Part shown: piece by piece, positions 55,005 to 64,000 of the stretch
Layout of the letters: each line of letters starts with the position of its first letter
How positions within the stretch are numbered: the stretch's first letter is position 1
From: Octopus sinensis
Lineage: Eukaryota
Direction of reading: 5' to 3'
Assembly: GCF_006345805.1 (NCBI RefSeq)
Contig: NC_043003.1
Coordinates: 33,976,001 to 34,040,000 of the forward strand
Length of the DNA stretch: 64,000 nt
Notes under the pieces: model-generated
The model's input: the letters and a program-made list of their open reading frames with translations, nothing else
The model's database searches: none
Told to the model about the DNA's origin: nothing
Program-made: the position numbers and the translations under genes

Positions 55005-55581
55005 CAGTGGTTCTCAACCTGGGTCAGGATGGCACTTGGGGTTCCATATGGCCCTTGGAGATCCATATGAGATTGTGTTAAAATTTATGTGCAATAAATG
55101 TTTTATATTTCTGGAATGCACTAAATATTTAAACAACTATTTTTATACAGTTCCCTATAATATCTGTATATATGAAAGGCAGGATGTGTGTGTGTGTACG
55201 TGAATATAATTTTTGCACGTCCACAAATTAGCACACATGTCACTCCAATTTTAGGAGGTCATTCATCATGACACTAGCTGTATTTTCGTCAACTTATTTT
55301 CCCCAGAGGCACCAGCGAATAGGAGTAAAAATAAATTTTCAACTAAAACTTTTAAGAATGTTTAAGTCAGAGAAATCACCATTGTTTGCAAACAGGAGTT
55401 GAGTCCCCTTCTGGCGACGAGTAAGTTTTTAAGACTTTTGTTGCTTTTTTTTCGATCGAGGAAAAAAGTGTTTTGTTGATATACAGGCAACACACACACG
55501 AACATGTATGCGTACAAAAAAACATGTATGCAATAGGTGTACGTACGCACATGTGTATATGTGTGTGTGTGTGTGTTTTGC

Positions 55582-55616
<35 letters not shown>

Positions 55617-55895
55617 AATTAAGGACTGAACACGAAAAGTGGACAGTCAACATGCTAGATATAGACGTCAAATCGCCATTCACCACAAAAGATTATGTTC
55701 TCAGATCAAACTCAACACAAAACCATAGCAATAAACAAGTGAAAAATATACGAAATAAAAGCCGAGTTATACTGCTAGTTTAATAATGAACATAAATGAT
55801 TTTTTAAAACATCAAATGGCTAGGAGGGTTCACCCAAGTAAAATAGGAATGAAAGGGGTCCATAGGTAAACAAAATGATTAAGAAATTCTAGTAA
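55005..55895. mobile_element. Old hAT-type MITE ends, interior expanded or interrupted
   Basis: Left end cagtggttctcaacctggg; right end only degenerate (ggggtccatagg...attaagaaattctag); no TSD seen. Confidence 0.35.
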
Positions 55896-56065
55896 ACTTA
55901 ACCAAACAATGCGTGTTTTCTGTTGCTCATATTTCGTAGTTTGGCAATATTTTTTTGTAAAAATGTACACAAAATTTTTGTAAAAATGTACACAAAATTT
56001 GCACGCTTCTAAATATTTAACTCCTTTTCAAAAAAAAAAATTATCATCATCATTATCATCATTAC

Positions 56066-56110
<45 letters not shown>

Positions 56111-58229
56111 CTTCGTCATCAATGTTCTTGTTGTTATTCTTTCTCCTGCTATTACTGTAGCTGTTTGTACTTAACCACGTAAAAGATATGTCATGAGAAG
56201 TTCCTGTTTGACTTCTTATATCGTTTGATTTCACAAGTTACATTTCTTGTGAATATTTTTTTTTCTTCTGCTATTTTGATATCAAAGGAGAACGCTTAAT
56301 TTTTATCACACACACGCACACACATACATACACACACACACATACATACACACACACACATACACACACAGATACACACACAGATACACACATACACACA
56401 CAGATGCACAAGCATACACATTGAAACACACACATAGATATAGTCTTCTACGTACATTTGCTTTATACAACCCAGACGCACTCACACATATACACATACA
56501 TATGACAAACATTCATACATATGTACATCCACATACAGAAATGTTCATACACACACATATATATAGAAAGAGAGAGAGAGACAGACAGAGAATAGATAGA
56601 TATATATTCCCTGTTTATGCGAGAAATTTTTATATTAATTTTTTTTATTTGTTTAACTTTTACACGAGAAATTCTCGTGAATATTGTGGTGACGGTGGTT
56701 GAGTATTCCTATAGTCGTATCTGCATTATTTCGTTTCTTCTGAAGAGAGGAAAAAAATGCAAATCCCCTGTGTATTATGAACAATTACGCAAATAGCAGA
56801 AAAAATTGTTACTGCTACAACAAGAACAACATCACTAACACAAAAAAAATTACAATTTCAAACTTTAAAAATGTCTTATATATAACGTAGTAACATTTGA
56901 CAAAAAAATTACTGACAGTAGCAACTGCGGTAGTTCTGTTTTAATCGTAAGCAGAAAGCCTGAAATTTGCTGGATGGCGTTAGTAGAGATCAACGTCTCC
57001 AGGACTTGATCGGTACTTTGTTTTATCAACACTCAAAACAAGAACGGTAAAGATAACTCAAGTAGAATTTGAACTCGAAACGTAAAGTGTTGTAAGGAAG
57101 TAGTAGGAAAAAATACAATTCGTTGAGTGTTCCTATTATTCAAACAATAACCAATACACCGCTTTCACGAGTACATATATTAAGAAAAATTAAGAGCAAG
57201 TAAATGCATACTCACCTGTAGTGTGTCAACACATGTGTTTGGATTTTAGTATCATGGCTTGGAAAAAGCTTACAATTGATTAGCAAAATTATGTATAGAT
57301 TCCAATATTTTTGGTTTTTAATTAGACCACTTTACGTTCTGAATTTAGATCGTATCAAAGCTAGTTTTGAGTTTAATTCTGCGGTCAATAAAATAAAGCG
57401 CCACTCAAGGTACTTGGATTGGTTTATTCGACGATACGTTCACCAAAAATGAGTGTCATTACGCAAACGTTAGGAATCACTATCACGGACGAGTGAATGA
57501 GAGAAATTCGTTCATCTCTCAGTAGATAAGAAAGAATACTAAAATAAGCATGGAAGAATATAGCGAGGAATAGAATAACATGGTGAATAACATGAAGAGC
57601 CAATTAAAGCAGAGTTTGAAGTTACAATTAAAGAGCAAAACCACATATAAACAGCGTGTAGAGGCGAGAGCATCCTCCTTAGTATTGGTGATATTTTTGT
57701 CTAGAATAGGTGAAGCAAAACGCTGTTGCAGTAATTTTATCATAGAAGCTAATTGTTAAGGTATGTTGACCGAAAATCTGAACACTTGCTCTGTGATTAC
57801 ATTGGGGAAGATTTACTTGAGGTAGTCAACGCTACAATCGACAACTACGAAAATTCATATAGAATAGAAATAGTTGTGAACTTGAACTATAGAACTTCAT
57901 TAAAGATACTCTCCCCATAGGAAAAAATAATCATAGGCAAAGAATTTTAGACTAGCAGAAGAGACTGAAAGCCTAGATCCTAACTGAAAGATATTTAAGT
58001 ACTGGAGGAGCTTCTATTCGCAAAAATTGATCACATTTCTACACAAAATTCCACCCAAGTTCCCACCTCTGGTCAACATCAGTTCATGTGGCAAGATTAC
58101 CGTGATGGAGCTTGGGCTCAAATAACAGATTGTTGCTGGAAGCGAGAAAATGTTACTAGATTCATTCCGTGCTTTCAGACGCCTTAATATATTTTCTTTC
58201 AACTTTTTTCTTGCTTCATAGATGTAAGT

Positions 58230-58760
58230 TGGTCTACATTGAGTTTGTAGCAGCTGATTTTACCTAGCTGTATCCTTGAATGGTTAGCTAGTCTGGTATC
58301 GTCGTTAAGAATTGGTATATTTGGAATCTGACAGTATCTCACCAGTTCGTGCATTAAAATTCACTTCAATGCCGAAGTTTGGAACACGCCCCTCCAGGAT
58401 TCTCCATAGGTATATGATAATCTCTCTCACTCTTTCTCTTTGGCGTTCAAGTGAATAGAAATGCAGAGCTTTCAGACGTTCCCTGTTATTAAGGCTTACT
58501 GGTAAACTTTCTTTGTAACTCTCCGATCTTTTTTATGAGCCGGATGAGTTTGGAGAGTAAAGCTGTGAATAGTAATCTAATCTGCTCAGAACTAAGGATT
58601 TTTTGATAGCATAATCATAACTAGCGGTTCTCATGTCATTGTGGTTCGTAGGATCTATTCTATGAAATGTCTAATTTTGAGTTCACTTTGGTGATGTGAC
58701 TGATGAAAGATGCATCATTTGACATAATTACTTCTGATTCCCGTCTGTCGTTAGCAGTTT
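58230..58760 (-). pseudogene. Decayed CR1-clade RT C-terminus
   Basis: MSNDASFISHITKV and ERLKALHFYSLERQRERVREIIIYLWRILEGRVPNFGIEVNFNARTG. Confidence 0.75.
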
Positions 58761-58883
58761 GAATTATTGTGTTGTCGGGTGTGAAATAATGGTATTTGTG
58801 TGGTTCCCTCCATAATGCAGAACCTGCATTATTTATATGATTTAAATTTCATGTATTCATCTGGTCATTGATAAATAAGGTTT

Positions 58884-59171
58884 TTCAATTCAATTCAATT
58901 TTTATTGGCTCAGAAAGCAAAAGCAAGGCTATGTAGGGGGACAGGAAGTTATGTACAGGGAGGGTGGTCATACAAAGAGTTCAGGCTATTTCTGGTCAAG
59001 AGAGACTTTGAACCGAGCAGTCGTCGGCATCTTCACTATCTCGTCCGGCAGCTTATTCCACGGATCCTCAAGCTCAGAGAGGCAGCTTCTTCCGGAGTTT
59101 GGAAAGCCATCGATATTTTTGTGGCATCGGTGTCTCTCGTAAGGTTGGCCGGGTGCACTTGAATTCTAGGG
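58884..59171 (-). mobile_element. CR1-clade LINE 3' end with (AATTG)n tail
   Basis: DPWNKLPDEIVKMPTTARFKVSLDQK, then 3' UTR and ttgaattgaattg tail. Confidence 0.85.
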
Positions 59172-59698
59172 ATCAAAGAGTTCGTTTGGATTATGCACTA
59201 TTTTGTTGGTCATGGACTGTAGAATGTGAAATCGAATAACAACGAAAATAGTACCAAAAAAATTGTTATACAATACAAGTCTGATGTATAAGCATACGAA
59301 AAGGAAAATAAATATGGAATTGACTGGTATGAAATTCAATAGCTGAACTAGGTGTCAATAATATATACACACGCACACATGTGCGCTTGCAGACACACAC
59401 ACACAAGCACACACACACACAAGCACACACACACACATATACACACACAGAGTTTATTTCCTCTTTAGAATCTATATATTTGGCCAACAGGTTTATAGAC
59501 TTTAACAACTTTTATTATTTGGAAGTTAGAATAGTAACGTATACTTTTCATATCACTGAGACTGATGGTAGAGAGACCAGTGAGGTACACTTTAAGGTAA
59601 TTAGTTTTAATTATTGGTAAGCTCAACTGAAGACACAGATGTATATGTATAGAGAGATTAATATGTACGTGTGTACTATATGCATATACATACATACA

Positions 59699-59737
<39 letters not shown>

Positions 59738-60060
59738 TATATATACATATATATACATACTTATACATATTTTATATACATATATATGCATATACATACA
59801 TACATATATATATATATGCTTTTATACATATGCATACACATCCATACATATATCTAATTGCATACACGCACACATGCGCACGCTCGCACGTACACACACA
59901 CACACATCCGCACACACACGTACACACGGGCGTGTGTATGTATATGTATCCAGCATGGGAAAGAAATGTTACATGTACAATACCAACGTGTTAGTATATA
60001 TTCTTGAGTTGTGTATGCATACACACTAATGCGTATTTACATGCACGCACACGCACACAG

Positions 60061-60093
<33 letters not shown>

Positions 60094-61019
60094 CACAGAC
60101 ACACAAACATATACATGCATATATATCCCAGCATTCGAAACAGATGTTACAAGTACAATACTGGTGTGTTAGTATATATTCTTGGAATGTGCATATAATC
60201 ATGCATTTACATGTGTATGAATGTGTGTGTGTGCGTGCGTACGAGTCTGTGCTTATGCGCACGCACGTGTGCCTATGCATTTGTATTTGCGTGGATAAAT
60301 CGGTAAAATACATATGTATGTATATAAAGAGAATGCACACGTATTTATGTACACACATATGAAGAAATGTAAGTATATGCGTACGTATGTCAAATTGAAT
60401 ATCTGTGTAAAAGTAAACGTACGTGTTTATGTAAATGTGATTTAATTCATATGGGTGTGTATATGTATATATCTGTATGTCTATGTGTGTGCGAATAATG
60501 TCTGTATGTAAACATCCATGCGCATGTGCGTCTTCATGCTTGTGAATATCTCGCGGGCTTGTTCGCCACACACGCGCACGATTGCGAGCGTGTGTTTGTT
60601 TATATGTTTGTGCATTCATGTATGCGTGTATGTGGAAGATATCTTCGCGAATTTACTGATAATTCTTGTAAGTTGAAGCATCTCTAAGAGGAATCGGTGT
60701 TAGAGTTAGTGCTAAGGGCGTAAACAAACGTTTTACGTAACACAATCGTAACAAGATCGACAATTGAACACTTCTCTAACGTTGAACTGAAAAATTGTTC
60801 ATCAGATTTAGACATTTTGTTTTTCTTTTTCCTCCGTGTGTCTGATATCTCGACAAAGGGGTGAGAGAGGGGGTTTCTAAATTATATTTTTGTTTTATTA
60901 GTACTTTTTATATAAATCTTTGAATAAATTACATGTGTATATATACGTGTGTTTATAAGTATATGTGCGTATATGTATATATATATATATATATAATATA
61001 TATATAGATACATATACAG

Positions 61020-61052
<33 letters not shown>

Positions 61053-61078
61053 CACACAGACATATATATACAATTATA

Positions 61079-61144
<66 letters not shown>

Positions 61145-61844
61145 ATACATATACATATATATACTCACTTACATTCGTCATGGTGTTGCACTTGCTGTTT
61201 TTGTTGTTTCATGAGAAAAAAAAAACAGATGAGGGTGAGATAGGGCGCTTAGGAATATGCCGTAGATCCTACCATTCTGGATCTTTCCAAGAAGAACGAA
61301 TTGATAATGGCATTGAGTGTTCTTAATACCATCGCTGGTAGCTTACGCAAGAAAGCTGTGATAATGCCGAGCCGAATGTATCTGGTTCATTCCATCGTTA
61401 TCGCCCTAGTTATTGCAAATGTTTTTGTTGTGGTTGTTCAAGATGTTGCCTCGTCGTTGTTGTTGTTGTTGTCGTTGTTATTTTCATTCATGGTGTTGTA
61501 ATCGACGTTGTTGTTATTCTTATAGTTTATCACGGGGGTCGCTCATGATGATGATAACCGTGATACGGATGTTGTTTATAACGATAGCATGTATCGTGGT
61601 AGTGGGTGGTGGGGATAGGGGTGGTTAGTGATAGCGGTGGTTGTGCTGTTGCTGCTGGTGATGGTTATGATGATGATGATGATGATGGTGAGATGATGAT
61701 GATGATGCAGACAATGAGTAAGATCAAGAGTATGATGATGAAAAAAAAAATAATAATGTATTTAATGAAGATGACGGGCACGAAAGAAAGATGATGATGG
61801 TAGTAAGGTAACGATGCTGAGATGAAGATTATTGTTATTATTAT

Positions 61845-62137
61845 TGTTCTGAGTTCAAATTCCGCCGTGGTCGACTATGCCCTTCATCATTTCGAGGTTG
61901 ATAAATTAAACACTCGGCAAGTACTGGGGTCGATGTGATCGACTTCCGCATCCTCCAAAATTTCAGGCTTTGTGTCTTTAGTAGAAAGGGTTATTGTAAT
62001 TGTTATTTTCGTTGGTGGAAAATAAACGAAATCATCACCATCATCATCATCATTATCCTCATTATTATCCTCATTATTATTATTATTATTATTCTCATCT
62101 TCATCATCATCATCATCATCATCGTCATCAACGTCAT

Positions 62138-62169
<32 letters not shown>

Positions 62170-62226
62170 ACGTCATCATCATCATCATTATCATCACCAT
62201 CGTCATCAACGTCGTCATCAACGTCG

Positions 62227-62277
<51 letters not shown>

Positions 62278-62298
62278 ACGTCATCATCATCATCAACG

Positions 62299-62340
<42 letters not shown>

Positions 62341-62640
62341 ACATCATCATTATTGTGTGGTGAGCTGTCACAATCGTTATTACGCCGGGCAAGATGCCTA
62401 GCAGCATTTCGTGCCCATTTGAGTTCAAATTCCGCCGAGGTCGACTTTACTTTCATTCTTTTGTGTTCGATAAAATTAAGTACCAGTGGAACACTGGGGT
62501 CTATATAATCGACTCACGCCAACCTCTCTTAAGCTTCCTTTGTGGCAAAAAATATTGTTATTATTATCATTATTAGTACCAGATGAAGGCAAGGGGCTGA
62601 TGTAATCAATTAGCCCCCACCCCCTCAAATTTCTATAGTA
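61845..62640 (+). repeat. Two Deu/Nin-like SINE pieces flanking an imperfect (ATC)n tract (62030-62350)
   Basis: Direct inspection; the poly-Asp, poly-His and poly-Met ORFs come from the triplet repeat. Confidence 0.8.
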
Positions 62641-62787
62641 GAAATTCCTATTGTAGAAAAGATTATACAAGAACAAAAGCAAATACAAGAACAAAAACAA
62701 AAATACTAATATACAATTACATACCAGCCATTTGCAATCCTTTTTTGTATTTGTTTTTTTTTTTTCGTATAGTTAGTATAAAAAAAT

Positions 62788-62867
62788 ATCCTGATGAGGG
62801 AAGTGTCAGTTTTGATATTATGAAATATATCATATTACTTGGCACGTCTCTGAAACGGCCCGTAGAT
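62788..62867 (+). ncRNA. Type I hammerhead with canonical core and long stem II (probable solo pLTR)
   Basis: AUC-CUGAUGA-GGGA-AGUGUCAGU-[UGAUAU...AUAUCA]-ACUUGGCAC-G-UCUC-U-GAA-ACG-GCC-CGU-A-GAU. Confidence 0.7.
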
Positions 62868-63069
62868 GGAACTCTAAATTTTAAAATATTTGTGTTATTT
62901 TATATATATTTTTATATCTTTATATCTGGAGTTTATTCATCCATTTTGTAGATGTGGAAGAATATATGAATATATGTATCTATATGGTCTTCGAGTGTGG
63001 ACCTTAATTATGTTCCTGTAGTTTTCGCTTCAATTAAGAAGTGGAATATATATTTAAATAAGTATATAT

Positions 63070-63140
<71 letters not shown>

Positions 63141-63285
63141 TGTGTGTGTGTGTGTGTGTCTGTATATATGTATATAGATAAGTATATTTATAACATATAT
63201 ATAATAATAATATTTGGGAGTATAGCTCCAAACTTATAGGGAAAATTTCGATTTAGTATTAAATCAAATTTCACAGTATAAATAT

Positions 63286-63372
63286 ATAAAATATGAATAA
63301 GAGATAAAACCACTATTAGACAAAGTATGTGGAAAAAGCAAATAGTGGTTTTATCTCTAATTCATATTTTAT
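63286..63372. repeat. 32-bp-arm hairpin
   Basis: ataaaatatgaataagagataaaaccactatt / aatagtggttttatctctaattcatattttat (31 of 32 pair). Confidence 0.85.
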
Positions 63373-63379
63373 AAGTATA

Positions 63380-63427
<48 letters not shown>

Positions 63428-63447
63428 TAAGTATATATATATATATG

Positions 63448-63514
<67 letters not shown>

Positions 63515-63726
63515 CACGTACACACAAAACAAAAGAATGCTAATAAAGCTACACCGGTTGTCTGCTTTATGAGTTCTATATATAACAGCTAAGTATTAAT
63601 TGGAGGAGGAAAGAGTAAACCGGCTATCTGGTGGCCCCTCTCCATTTTCTGTACATCAAGAAGCATAGTAAAAAAATCTTTGCATTCTACTGCTTTCACA
63701 GCTAAACTTTTTAATTTATATATATA

Positions 63727-63804
<78 letters not shown>

Positions 63805-63818
63805 ACTATGTGTCTGTA

Positions 63819-63851
<33 letters not shown>

Positions 63852-64000
63852 ACATATATATACACACGCACAGAATTAGTACATGTACTAATTCCTAAGC
63901 ACTATCCCAAAGACAGGGTATTGAGAGCAGATCTTCGATTTTGAAAATAGTATTTAATGCATACTTTTTTCATTAACTTGACGTGTATATACTTCATAAA

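Noticed and set aside
60740-60815. Minus-strand CUGAUGA followed by an ACAAUU/AAUUGU stem
   Set aside because: GAAA is replaced by GAUC and stems I and III do not close; at best a dead remnant.
61887-62456. Poly-Asp, poly-His, poly-Met and poly-Ile ORFs
   Set aside because: Translations of an (ATC)n microsatellite between SINE fragments.

Overview
AT-rich eukaryotic DNA, full of microsatellites and transposon relics. The SINE families point to an octopus or other coleoid cephalopod (inference). I found no confident host exon, tRNA gene, rRNA or CRISPR array, so the window reads as intergenic or intronic. Most ORFs in the supplied track are microsatellite artefacts. The window holds many tRNA-derived SINEs, a young 5'-truncated Penelope-like element (RT C-terminus plus GIY-YIG) with inverted pLTRs, three R4/Dong LINE fragments nested in (TAA)n, CRE, CR1 and L1/Tx1 LINE relics, and hAT, Ginger-like, Merlin/Mutator-like and mariner non-autonomous elements. 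The main hidden signal is about 11 type I hammerhead ribozyme (HHR) or HHR-like motifs from at least six unrelated repeat families, all folded by eye. They include a 486-bp tandem, retrozyme-like unit with one HHR per unit, foldback elements carrying HHRs, and recurring non-canonical cores (CCGANGA, CUGURGA, UUGAUAA).
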